Assembly: GCF_009914755.1 (NCBI RefSeq)
Contig: NC_060936.1
Length of the DNA stretch: 64,000 nucleotides
Direction: 5' to 3' (one strand)
Origin: the human T2T-CHM13v2.0 reference genome, Homo sapiens
The notes beneath the pieces were generated by a model that worked only from the letters and a program-made list of their open reading frames with translations, had not been told where the DNA came from and did no database searches. Of the stretch, positions 24,910 to 37,665 are shown piece by piece; positions within the stretch are counted from its first letter, which is position 1; the number at the start of each line of letters is the position of its first letter. The position numbers and the translations under genes were made by a program.

Positions 24910-25995
24910 GTAGAGGTTTGAGAGTGTTTACTTTTTTAAACCTTGGATAACTTTAGTAAAAAATGTACACATGTAGGTATGTGCAAACATATACAAATTA
25001 TATGTGTAGTCTTATTTTGCTATAGAATTTCTTTCCATTCAGCAACAAATATCCATTGAAAGCATACTCAGTGGATTACAAAGGTAATATTAGACACTGT
25101 TCTGAATTTGAGAAAGTTTGAGAATATTTGAGAATATAGTATCAGCAGGTAAAGAAATTCAAGTACAAAATAATATAGAATTAGTTGCTAGATTATCTTT
25201 TTTGTCTCTGCTTTGGTTCCTCTGACAGGAAAAAAATTAAGGCATGAAATATATCAGAAAAAAATATTATACCTTTTTGCTTTTCTTTTCTTAAACAAAT
25301 TAGATAGATTTGGGTACACTTTAGCAATAACAGAAATTATCATGTCAGTATCATACAGTAAAACATTAATATTTAAAATTATTTTAAAAATTATTCAATT
25401 CTGTGCCTGCATAAGCTGAAATATTTAAAGCACATTGAGCATTTAATGTCAAATTTTTATTTCCCTTTAAACTTCATGTTAGATCATTTTTCTTTTACAA
25501 GTAATTAAGGATGAATATGTTTTTATTGAAATAAAATTCAAACAATTCTCCCTAGAAGTAACCAGTATTGGCAGTTCCATTGTATATTCTTCTAAGAGAT
25601 TTTTCCATCTACTTTTATATACTTAAATGCTCATAACAGGCTATATAGTTTTGAATTGATTAAAAAAAATGTTATCTTACTAAATTTACTCTTTCTTGCT
25701 GTATTTACTCACTGACTTGGAGATATTTTCATGTCAGTACATATAAGCTTTTCCTATTTTTGTTACTCTTCTTTAGTTTTTACAGTATAAATATACCATA
25801 ATTTGTTTAACCATACATGTTTACATAGGCATTTTGTTTTTCATTGTTCATTATAATAATAAATATAAAAAATCCCTATTACAGTTAGAATATAGAAATT
25901 TTTGTGTTGTTGATTAAACTTCCTCACTAGACTTGTTAGAAGTTAATGTCATTTTAGTTGATAATTTAGTGTCAGAAGCTTCCGTAAATCATTTG

Positions 25996-26341
<346 letters not shown>

Positions 26342-26495
26342 TTAAGTGAAAAGTGTTTTTTTTTTTTTCTTCACCTAGGGTATTAAAATAGTCTACTAGA
26401 TATGTCTTAGGACATGAAAGGCCATTTTTGTGACCATACCCAATATAGTAGTTGATGCTCATTGTTAAAAAGGTCATTAAAAAATGTCTGATTTT

Positions 26496-26803
26496 GGCAG
26501 AGCATGGTGGTTCACATCTGCAATCCCAACACTTTGGGAGGCCGAAGTGGGTGGATCACCTGAGGTCGGGGGTTCCAGACCAGCCTGGCCAACATGGTGA
26601 AAACCCGTTTCTACTAAAAATATAAAAATTAGCTGGGCCTGGTGGTGCACACCTGTAATCCCAGCTACTTGGGGGAGGCTGAGGCAGGAGAATTGCTTGA
26701 ATCTGGGAGGCGGAGGTTGCAGTGAGCCGAGATTGCGCCATTGCACTCCTGCCTAGGTGACAGAGCGAGACTCCGTCTCAAAAAAAAACAAAAACAAAAA
26801 ACA
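26496..26803 (+). mobile_element. Alu (AluS-type)
   Basis: Full dimer; TSD-like gtctgatttt on both sides. Confidence 0.95.
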
Positions 26804-28479
26804 AAGTCTGATTTTTATAGCAATGATAATTGGCCCTTTTATAATGTTTTTAATATTTTTTCTGTTAATGTAAACCAGTTTTACAGTTATTGAGTTGAGG
26901 AAAAGTCCTATATTATTATAGTATTGATTTTGTCAACTTATTTTATCCCTAACGCTGAGGGTGGGAGGAATTAAAATACAATTGGCCTAATATATTTGCA
27001 GATTCCATAACCATGGATGAGAAATGTTTGGGGAAGAAAAGCAATAAAAATAACAGTACAACGGTAAAAAGTAACACAAATTACTTGCTATCTAGAAAAA
27101 GAGAAGCATACGGTAAAATAATTATCACATGAACTTCTCATGCATGAATGTAGGATCAGGAAGAAAATCATTCCACTTCTTGTTCTGTAATGTACCACAA
27201 ACCATCAACACATTATGATTTTTTCTATATGAATTATTTTACCTTTTTTCCATATTATTATGAAAGCTGATTCTCAGCATATTTTAGAACACCTTCGTTG
27301 CAAAATTTTAGATGATATCCAATATATCTGATAATATTTCTCCTCAGAGTACTATAATATTATTGTACAAGATGTGGAATTCAACAAGTCATATGATTAA
27401 TCAATATGCAATGAATTTTCACTGATTTAAAAGTATTTATATCCTTTGACTATAAACTGACTGTGAGCTATGAAATAAAAAATTAAATATAACTTCGTAG
27501 GCAATTTGATTGAATTCCTAATCCATTTTAGCAAGTCATCTTATAACATCTGAAAATTTTACATTTCTCTTTAACTGAGTGCTAAGTAATGACGCTGGAC
27601 AAATATGTAAAATGAGTAGCTCTTAACCAAATTTCTTCAAAATGCCATTTGTAAATACTAGAATAGTTTTCACTTATGATTTTAACCTCCTTAGTTACCA
27701 GTATTGAAATTTATACCAATAAATACGTTTGCAGCGAAGAAAATATTGTGGAGTTAGAACCAAAAAATGATTTAAAAACATCAAAAGCAACCTGTTTAGA
27801 AAAACAGCTAAGCACACTCACAATAACAAGAAAAGTAATTTTTCATTAATATTTTTAAAGCCGTATTTTACTGTAGTATATGAAAATTTGATAGATGATT
27901 TGTTAATTATTAGGTATTTCAAAAGGAAACCAAAATATCTCTAGTTACTATTGTTAACAAAAGTTGTGTGAACATTCTCTTTGCATTTATTCATTTCTTA
28001 ATTCAACAAAGATTATTAATTATCTTCTTTATACCAGGGATTATTGTAAATACAGCAGTGAGCAAAATATTCCAATCCTTGTTTCAGTGGGATATAATTC
28101 CATATCTACATTCCATGACTACATATAATATTTAGGAAGGAAGGAACTTAAAGTCATAGCATTCCTTGACATTTCAGTTTTCAGGGCTTCACACTTTTAC
28201 CTCTCCCTCCCCTGTAAATGTTTACTCAAATATGCAACTGGAATAGAAAAATCTGTTACTGTCTCACCACCAGTCCTGGCTCCTGGGGATCTTACGTCTT
28301 TCTAGTTATCCTGGACTAGATGTAATCAATCACTTTTTTCCTGTCCCTGTTGAGCTGAAATATTGTTGAGGAGTTTGAAAAAATGCTCCTTAGAAAAGAA
28401 AGTGGAAAATACCAAGTAAAGTAAAACAAAAATGGCAAAAGCCTAAAATGTAATGCATAGGAAGATAACTTATGTTTGT

Positions 28480-30688
28480 ATAAACCTCTGCTTTCAGAAA
28501 TATGAAGACATGACTTTTTATATTTTTCCTACTTAGTACAGATTAAAAAAAAAACTGGATATTTTATATAAAAATATAGTCCCTGAAATAAGTCCCTGAA
28601 AGTAAGACAGAAACAGGCAGACTAGCTAGGAACCATGACACCCAAGTAACTACATAGTAGTGGGTTCCCCGGATTTTCTTTTTACCCTTTTTGTCCCACT
28701 AAAGCACTGGAGAAGTGAGTAACCCAGAAATAGCAATGGGCGTATAGAAACAAACCTCACGAAAAGCCTGCTTTCTCTAACCAAAAGCCTCCACCTAGTA
28801 AGACAGAAAACTATTAGATAATACCCATTCTACTTCCACCAAGTACCATAGGAAGAAATGGCAGTGAAGGCTTGTTAGAGAGAGAACTTAGATTTTCACT
28901 TTTATCAGCTTATAAATGAGGAACTCTTCTATCTCCTCACTGGGGTGGTGTTAATGAAGGTGAGGCAGGGAACTAGGACTTTAATTCATGCTGGGCAATA
29001 AGCCCCCTTCCTACGAGTGTCGGGATAGGCCATCTAGGAAACTAGACTTCTGCCCTAAGCTGGCGTTGATGAGGTATTCCTCCCTTACTGTGTTGGGAAG
29101 GTATCAAGGGATACCTAATGGGAATCAAGACTGTCATTTCTGCTTGGTAGTAATGAGGCCACTCCTCTGTGGTTTCAGTGGATGGTTTGTGGGGAACAAT
29201 AATGTGGTACCCTTACTCCTCACAGCCGGACTGGTATTGGTGGAGGCCTGGTGGGAAGCTGAACTCCCAACCATGTCCAGAAATAACAAGGAGATCCTTG
29301 TTCCCTGTATGCTGAGTGCTAGTAGAGGCTGAGTTGGGTACTTAGACTTCCACCCTACCTGGAGGTTTTCATTTTTCTCGGCTGGAGTGGTGTCCTGTCA
29401 GAAGAAATCTCCTGAAACATGATTTCAAACGTCTAGATTTCAATTAAAAAATACTTATATAATACTCATATCAGGAACCAAGAATATTTTGTCTTGAATG
29501 AAAACCAAAAAGGACAACAGATGCTGAACTGAGCAGATTCCAGTTTTAGAATTATTTGTCAAGAATTTTAAGTATCTGACAAGGATTTTAAATCATTAAT
29601 TACAAAAATGTTTTAACAAGTGATTATGAACATTCTTGAAACCAATGTGAAAACAGAAAATACCCGCAAGTGTCAGCAAAGTAATAGACTGTATGAAGAA
29701 GAACCAACTGGCAATTTTAGAAGTAGAAATACAATAACCAAAATTAAAAACTCAGAGATGGGCTCAATAATGGAATGGAGAAATAAGGAAAGAATCAGTA
29801 AATTTGAAAAAAATAGAAATTACCCAATTCGAACAGTATAGAGAAAACAAACTGAAAACAAATGAATAGGGGTTTAGGAATTTGTGGGATTATGATGAAA
29901 GACCTAAAATTTATGTTATCCAATCCTGGAAGGAGTGAAGAAAGAAGGCAAAACTTAAAAACATTCAAAGTAAGATTAGCTCACAATTTCCCAAATTTGG
30001 CAAAAGATAATACTGCATATTTCAGAAGCCAAATGAACTGCAAATATGATAAAGACAAAAACAAACAAAATGCATGTCAGCACCCACTATAATGGTTAAT
30101 TTATGCATCAGCTTGACTGGGCAATGGTTTCTAGATATTTGAGCAAATTTTATTTGAATGTTTTTGTGAGGATTTTTTTTTTTAATTCAGATAAGATTAA
30201 CATTTACATCTGTGAACTTTGAATATGGCAAATTTCCCTCCATAATGTAGGTGGGCAACATCCAATCATTTGAAGGCCTTAACAGAACAAAAACTGACCT
30301 TCCCTGAACAGGAAAGGATTCTGCCAATAGACTGCCTTTGGGTGCAAGCTGCAACATTAGTTCCTTTCTGGGTCTCCAGCCTGTCAGCCTTGTTTGCAGA
30401 TTTTGAACTTGATAGCCTGCATAATCACATGAGCCAATCCCTTAGAGGAAGTTTTTCTGTGTATTTGTACATATATGGATTTATTTCTCTGGAGACCTTA
30501 ATACACACGTAGCTAAACTTCCCTCAACCAAAAATTGAAAATCTTTAAAGCAGCCAGAGAAAAATGACATTTTACCTACAGAATAACAGAAATATGATAG
30601 ACGTTTCATCAGAAACTATGGAGGTCAGAGGAAATGGAACAAGTGCTGAAAAAAGAACTTTTAACCACAAATTTCATATCCAACCCAT
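28480..30688 (+). mobile_element. Old L1M 5' region/ORF1 remnant
   Basis: Track ORF 29862..30092 contains NFPNLAKD, resembling the L1 ORF1 ENFPNL motif; atctttaaagcagccagagaaaaa follows; left boundary approximate. Confidence 0.7.
30088..30507 (+). mobile_element. MLT2 (ERVL) solo LTR inside L1M
   Basis: atggttaatttatgcatcagcttgactggg...catccaatcatttgaaggcctt...tctctggagaccttaataca. Confidence 0.85.
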
Positions 30689-31060
30689 ATTTTTCCTTTA
30701 ATTCTTTTGTTATTGAATAACTTATTTTTGGTGACTTTAATTCTTTTAAAATTACTGAGGCTTATTTTATGGCCTAGCCTCTGATCTATCCTGTGCACTT
30801 GAGTAAATGTATATCCTGCTATTGTTAGATGGACCATACTCCAGATATCTATGGGGTAGATGGTTTATAGTGTTGCTTAGGCTTTCTCTATGCAGTTGAT
30901 AATCTGCCTAATTTTTCTAGCCTTTATTTAATGTGGGGTGGTGAAATCTCTAAATATTATTGTTGAATTGTTTACGTCGCTTTTAATTCTGTCAGTTTTT
31001 ACTTCATGCATTTTTTGGATATTTTGTTAGTTACATATCTGTTTTTAGTTGTTACATGTT

Positions 31061-31211
31061 AATGTTAGTTTGTTTTCATACTGTTATAAAGAACTACTAG
31101 AGACTAATTTATAAAGAAAAGAGGTTTAATTGCCTCACAGTTCTGCCTGGCTTACAATCATTGCAGAAGGTGAAGGAGAAGCAAGCACCTTCTTCACAAG
31201 GCAGCAGTGGG

Positions 31212-31245
<34 letters not shown>

Positions 31246-33407
31246 TCAGAAGTGCACACTTTTAAACCGTCAGATCTTATGAGGACTCACTGACTACCAT
31301 AAGAACAGCATGCTGGAAATCTGCCCCCGTGATCCAGTCACCTCCCACCAAGGCCCTCCCCTGACACATGGGAATTACAAATCAAGATGAGATTTCGGTG
31401 GGGACACAAAGCCAAATCATGTCATTCTGTCCCTGGCCCTTCCCAAATCTCATGTCCTTCTCACATTTCAAAATACAATTATGCCTTCCAATGTCCCCTA
31501 AAATCTTACCTCATTGCAGTATTAACCCAAAGTCCAAGTCCAAAGTCTCATCTGAGACAAGGCATATCACTTTTGCCTATGAGCCTGTAAAATCAAAAAC
31601 AAGTTAGTTACTTCCAAGATACAGTGGTAGTACAGGCATTGGTAAATGCTCCCATTCAAAATGGAAGAAATTGGCCAAAAAAAAGTAGCTACAGGCCCCA
31701 TGTGAGTCTGAAACCCAGCAGGACAGTCATTAAATCTTAAATCTCCAAAATCATCTCCTTTGACTCCATGTCTCACATCCAGGACATTCTGATACAAGAG
31801 GTAAGCTGCCAAGGCTTTGAGCAGCTCTCCCCCTGAGGCTCTGCGGGGTGCAGCCCTGTGGCTGCTTCCACAGGCTGGCATTGAGTGCCTACAGGTTTTT
31901 CAGGCATACAGTGCAAACTCTCAGAGGATATACCATTCTGGGGTCTCAAAGATGGTGGTCCACTTCTCACAGCTCCACTAGGTAGTGCCCCAGTGGAGAC
32001 TCTGTGTAGGGGATCCAACCCCACATTTTCCTTCTGCACTCCCCTAGTAGAGGTTCTCTGTGAGGGCTCCTCCTCTGTAGCAAACTTCTGCCTCGACATC
32101 CAGGCATTTACCTACATCCTCTGAAATCTAGGCAAAGGCTCCCAAATCTCAACCCTTGCCTTCTGTGCACCTGCAGTGCCAACACCACATTGAAGCTACC
32201 AAGGCTTGGGGCTTACACCCTCTGAGGCAATGGACCGAGCTGTACCTTGGCCCTTTTTAGCCACAGCTAGAGCTGGAGTAGCTGGGACAGTGTGCCATGT
32301 CCAGAGACTGCATAGAGCAGTGCGGCCCTGAGACCATCCCACACAACCATTTTTCCCTCCTAGGCCTCTACGGGCTATGGGAGGGGCTGCCATGAAGATC
32401 TTTAAAATGCCCTGAAGACATCTTCCCACTGTTTTGGCTATAAACATTCAACTCCTTGTTACATATGCAAATTACTGCAGCCAACTTGAATTTCTCCCCA
32501 GAAAATGGGTTTTTATTTTCTATTGCATGTTCAGTCAGTCTGCAAATTTTCCAAACTTTTATATTCTGCTTCCCTTTTAAAAATGAGTTCCAATGTGAGA
32601 TCATCTCTTTGTGAATGTATGACTGTGCACTTTCAGAAAAAGTTCACTTCTAGAATGCTTTGCTGCTTAGACATTTCTTCTGCCAGATATCCTAAATCAT
32701 GTCTCTCAAGTTCAGCATTTTACAATTCTCTAGGGCAGGGGCAAAATGCTGTTGAGTCTCTTTGTTAAAGGATAGCAAGAGTGACATTTGCTCCAGATCC
32801 CAATAGGTTTCTCATCCTCCTCTGAGACCACCTCAGCGTGGGCTTCATTGTCCATATCAGTGTCAGCATTTTGGTCAAAACCATTCAACAAGTCTCCAGG
32901 AAGTTACAAACTTTCCCACATCTTCCTGTCTTCTTCTGAGCTCTCCAACATGTTTCAACCTTCATCTTTTACCCAGTTCCCAATTTGCTTCCACATTTTT
33001 AGGTGTCTTTATAGCAGCTCCCCACTCCCAGTACCAATTTTTTGTATTAGTCAGTTTTCACACTGTTGTAAAGAACTACTTGAGACTGGGTAATTTATAA
33101 AGACAAGAGATTTAATTGACTCACAGTTCCACATTGCTGGGGAGACCTCAGAAAACTTATAATCGTGGCAGAAGGCAAAGGAGAAGCAAGCACCTTCTTC
33201 GCAAGACAGCAGGAGAGAGAGAGCGAAGTGGGAAGAGCCACACTTTTAAGCTGTCAGATCTCATGAGAACTCACTCACTATCATGAGAACAGCATGGAGG
33301 AAATCGCCTCCATGATCTAATCACTTCCTGCCAGGCCCTTCCCCTGACATGTGGGAATTATAATTCAAGATGAAATTTGGGTGGGGACACAGATCCAAAC
33401 CATATCA
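31061..33407 (-). mobile_element. Full-length THE1D/MSTA-type MaLR provirus (LTR-int-LTR)
   Basis: LTRs 31061-31424 and 33043-33407; about 1.6 kb internal region; TSD atgtt/atctt (4 of 5). Confidence 0.92.
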
Positions 33408-33539
33408 ATCTTCCTGATGGATTCACTCTCTTATCATATTTTTTTATCTCTAGTAAGATTTTTTTTTTGGTATAAAGTCTATTTTTTTCTGATATTTAAT
33501 GTAGCCACTCCCATTCTATTTTGGTGGTGGTTTGTATAG

Positions 33540-33872
33540 CAGGGGTCCTTAACCCCCAGGCTGTGGACCGGTACCATTTGGTGGCCTGTTAGGAACTGGG
33601 CTGCACAGCAGGAAGTGTTGGTGGGCAAGCAAGCATTACTGCCTGAGCTCCACCACCTCAGATCAGTGGCATTATATTCTCATAGCCATGCAAAACCCTA
33701 TGGTGAACTGCACATGTGAGAAATCTAGGTTACATGCTCCTTATGAGAATCTAATGCCTGATGATCTGAGGTTTAACAATTTCATCCTGAAACCATCCGC
33801 TTTACCCTAGTCTGCGGAAAAATAGTCTTCCATGATACCGTTTCCTGGTGCCAAAAAGGTTAGGGACTGCTG
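33540..33872. mobile_element. MER1B-like hAT-Charlie MITE
   Basis: caggggtccttaaccccc...ccttatgagaatctaatgcctgatgatctgagg...ggtgccaaaaaggttagggactgctg. Confidence 0.88.
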
Positions 33873-34044
33873 TATATATTTTCCCATCCTTTTACTTTGA
33901 ACCAATTTGTGTCTTTGAATATAAAGTTTGTCTCTTGTACAAATAGAATTATATGCATATTATTTTAAACAATTGCTTTTTAAATCAGTTAAGAAAAGAG
34001 AAGCAGCATCCAATTATGCTGTCATTTAAAATTACCCTTATAAT

Positions 34045-34238
34045 TACTGCTCCCTCCATACCAGTGGGTTCTGCATCCATGAATTGAACATTGTATTCAT
34101 TAGGTGAGAAATCCATGGATATGGAGGGCCACATTTTTGTATCTGCAGGTTTCACAGGGCCGGAGGCTTGAACAATCTCAGATTTTCGTATCCTAAATGG
34201 TCCTGGAATCAGTCCCTTTGGATATCAAGTGGCATCAC
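34045..34238. mobile_element. Tigger-derived MITE (MER8/MER2-like)
   Basis: gtgggttctgcatccatg...ggatatggagggcc...gtcctggaatcagtccc. Confidence 0.65.
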
Positions 34239-34330
34239 TACCTTTACTGGCATGCTTTGTTTTTCACATAGATCAAATTACTATCTGGAGCTGCTTGCAT
34301 TAGTGTGAAGAACTTCCTTTAGTATTTATT

Positions 34331-35410
34331 TTCTTCTTCAAATTTTATGGTTTTGGGTCTTAGATTTAAGTCTTTAATTCATCTTGAGTTGATTTTTGTG
34401 TATGGTGAGAAATGGAAATCCAGTTTTATTCTTCTATATGTGGATATCCAGTTTTTCCAGCACCATTTGTTGAATAGGGTGTCCTTTCCTCAATTTATGT
34501 TTTTGTATGCTTTATCGAAGATCACTTGGCTGTAAGCATTTGGCTTTATTTCTGGGTTCTCTATTCTGTTACATTGGTCTAAGTATCTAATTTTATACCA
34601 GTACCATACTGTTTTGGTTACTACAGCTTTGTAGTATAATTTGAAATTCGGTAAATATGCTTCCAGATTTGTTCTTTTTGCTTAGGATTGCTTATTTGGG
34701 CTTTTTTGTTTTATATGAATTTTAGGATTATTTTTTCTATTTTGTGAACAATTATGTTGGTATTTTGATATTAATTCCATAGTATCTGTAGATTGCTTTG
34801 GGCAGTGTGGTCATTTTAATGGTACTGATTCTTCCAGTCCATGATTATGAGATGTATTCTCATTTGTTTGTGTCATTAATGCTTTTTTTTAAAATTTTTT
34901 AGCAGTGTTTTGTAGTTCTCCTTATAGAGATCTTTCACCTACTTGGTTATGTATATTCCTGGGTATTTAAATTTTTTTTTTGTAGCTATTGTAAATGGAT
35001 TGTGTTTTTTATTTCATTCTCACCTTTGTTGTTATTGGTGCTACTGATGTGTGTACATTGATTTTGTAACCTGAGACTTTACTGAATTCATTTATCAAAT
35101 CTAAGAGTTTTTTGGAGGAGTCTTTGGGGTTTTCCAGGTATGCAGTCATGTCATTGGCAAACAGAGATAGTTCAAATTCCTGTTTTCCAATTTAGATGCA
35201 CTTTATTTCTTTCTCTTGTCTGATTGCTCTTGGTAGGACTTCCAGTACTGTGTTGAACAGAGGTAGTGAAGATGGGCATCCTTGTCTTGTTTCAGGTCTT
35301 AGAGGAAATAATTTCAAATTTTTCCCATTCAGTATGATGTTGGCTGTGGTTTGGCATGTTTGGCTTTTATTACTTTGAGGAATGCCTCTTCTGTGCCTAG
35401 TTTGTTGGGG
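34331..35410 (-). mobile_element. L1 ORF2-only fragment (L1PB/MA-like) with a 16 bp TSD and no 3' UTR
   Basis: Reverse-complement ORF2 sequence; TSD tcctttagtatttatt (34315-34330 and 35411-35426). Confidence 0.88.
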
Positions 35411-36089
35411 TCCTTTAGTATTTATTATAAGTTGTATCTCCTAACAATTAATTTGTGTATTTTTTCACTTGCATTCTTTAAAGTTAGTTATTTAAAAAAT
35501 AAGATTGTAGGCAGTTTTTGTTCGTTGATTTTAGTACTTTGAATATGTCATCTCATTGCCTTCTATCCTACATATGAGAAGTAAGCTGTTAATCTTTTTC
35601 AGATTCTCTTATACACTATGAGTTATTTTTATCCTGTTTTCAAATTGTCTGTTTTTCACTTTTAGTATTTTGACTGTGATGTTTCTAGGTGTGTGTCTTT
35701 TCATTTATTCTATTTGGAAGTCATTTAGCCTCTTATATGTGTAGATTGTTTTTCATCAATTTTGGGAAGTTTTCAGCCATTCATATTTTTTCTCCTACTT
35801 CTCTTTTCTCATGTGTTACTTTCATTATGTATGTGTTAGTTTTCTTAATGGGGTCTCACATGATTTTTAGGTGTAGTCATTTTTGTTTGTTATTTATCCT
35901 TTCTCTGTTCTTCAGATTGTATGATCTTTATCAGTAGTTCTTAAGGTTTACTGATTCTTTCTCCTCGTAACTGACATCTATTAATACAAGTTTCTATACA
36001 TTTTTTTTTGAATAAATGCTTCTCAATTTGTTGTAAGACCTTTGATCAATTTTCCAGAGACTGAATGATTGCTTTGCCAGTTTACCTTG

Positions 36090-36466
36090 TCACATGATTT
36101 GGCTGTGTCCCCTTCCAAATCTCATCTTGAATTGTAGTTCCTATAATCCCTACATGTCGTGACAGGGACTCAGTGGGATGTGATTGGATCATGGTGCAGT
36201 TTCCCCCATGTTGTCCTGGTGATAGTGAGTGAGTTCTCACAAGATCTAATGCTTTTACAAATGTCTGGCATGTCCCCTGTTTGGACTTCTCCGTCCCGCC
36301 ACCCTATGAAGAAGGTGCATTGCTTGCCCTTCACCTTCTGCCATGATTGTAAGTTTCCTGAGGCCTAACCAGCTATGCAGAACTGTGAATCAATTAAACC
36401 TCTTTTCTTGATAAATTACCCAGTCTTGTGTATTTCCTTCTAGCAATGTGAGAACGAACTAATACA
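36090..36466 (+). mobile_element. THE1D/MST-type solo LTR
   Basis: tttggctgtgtccccttccaaatctcatcttgaattgtag...caattaaacctctt...gaactaataca. Confidence 0.92.
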
Positions 36467-37419
36467 CCCTACTTAACAGATGACATTCTGGAGTAGAGGT
36501 TCCCCCTGCTAGCTCCTCATATTGCCATTCCAGAAGTTCCACCCCCCTTTCCTTGTTTTTTAATCCAAATTAAAATAGTGGTTACTCTGTTATCAATATT
36601 CTTTATTTCAAAAATGATTATCCTGAGGTCAGTATTATGAAAGACTCATGACATTCTCTTTATTCTCAGTGCATTGACAAAAGTTGAGGGTTTGTTTACG
36701 TCATCTGGTCGTATTGGATCACCTCAACCCATGGATCTTTGCTGATTTCTTTTTCCAATTCTTTTTTTAAAATGTAGGACTGTTCTTTTGCATGAATAAT
36801 TTGAGATTACACATTTCATGAGTTTCAGAATATATATTTTGGGTTTATCATTTAAAAAATTGCTGTTGCTTCAAATATTAATTTAAACCTTAATAAAGTG
36901 CCATATTTATTTTCCTCATGGATAATCGGATAAAACAATATCCTAAAGCACATTTTTATTAGCAATATCTTATGTACCTAACACCATTTAAATGAACTAG
37001 CACTTTTTAAAGCTCCCAAATCATGTGATCAGCTGTTTCTGATTTAAAAATAACAGTAAGTTATGATAGGACTTAAACTTTTCACAAATAATTGAACATT
37101 CTGATTCACCTAGAAATAGTCCTGTATTTAAGAGATTAGCTGACCTCATCCAACTGGAATTTACTTATTTTGAGTATGTAACTCTGTGTTCATACAACTT
37201 TAAATCATCTATTCCAGGAGCTGGCTAAAGAAAATCTGTAACCCAATCCATGTTTAAACCAATTTAAGACCTAAAGTTATTATGTTCTATTAGGCCTAAT
37301 ATTCTTATTCTGTCTTTAGTGATTTTATATAATAATTTATAGACCTTTATTCTTTGATTTCCTGAAGGAATGTTACATGCCTGCCAGAATTTATACTTTG
37401 AGACTGCTAAGTACTTCTG

Positions 37420-37665
37420 TTAGTAGAGCTGATTACGAGCATAGATTTTTGAATTCAGACAGACCTGGATCAGAGCCCCACTTCTGCTATTTACTAATAT
37501 TTTGACCTTGGGCAGTTTTTTTTTTAAACTATTTTAGTTTCTTCTTCAGTAAGTGATGGAATAAACCATGGAACCTATTCATAAGAGTGTTGTGGGGATG
37601 CAGTGAGAAAAATGAATATTGCATGGCTAATAATTAAGCTCTTAAGAAATATTAGGTATTATCAT
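37420..37665 (+). mobile_element. MIR fragment
   Basis: cagacagacctggat...tttactaatattttgaccttgggcag. Confidence 0.7.

Larger units (their letters stand above)
30690..36050 (-). mobile_element. Old L1M (ORF2 start through ORF1) hosting several nested insertions
   Basis: L1M-like blocks at 30690-31060, 33408-33539, 33873-34330 and 35411-36050 read continuously once the inserts are removed. Confidence 0.7.
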
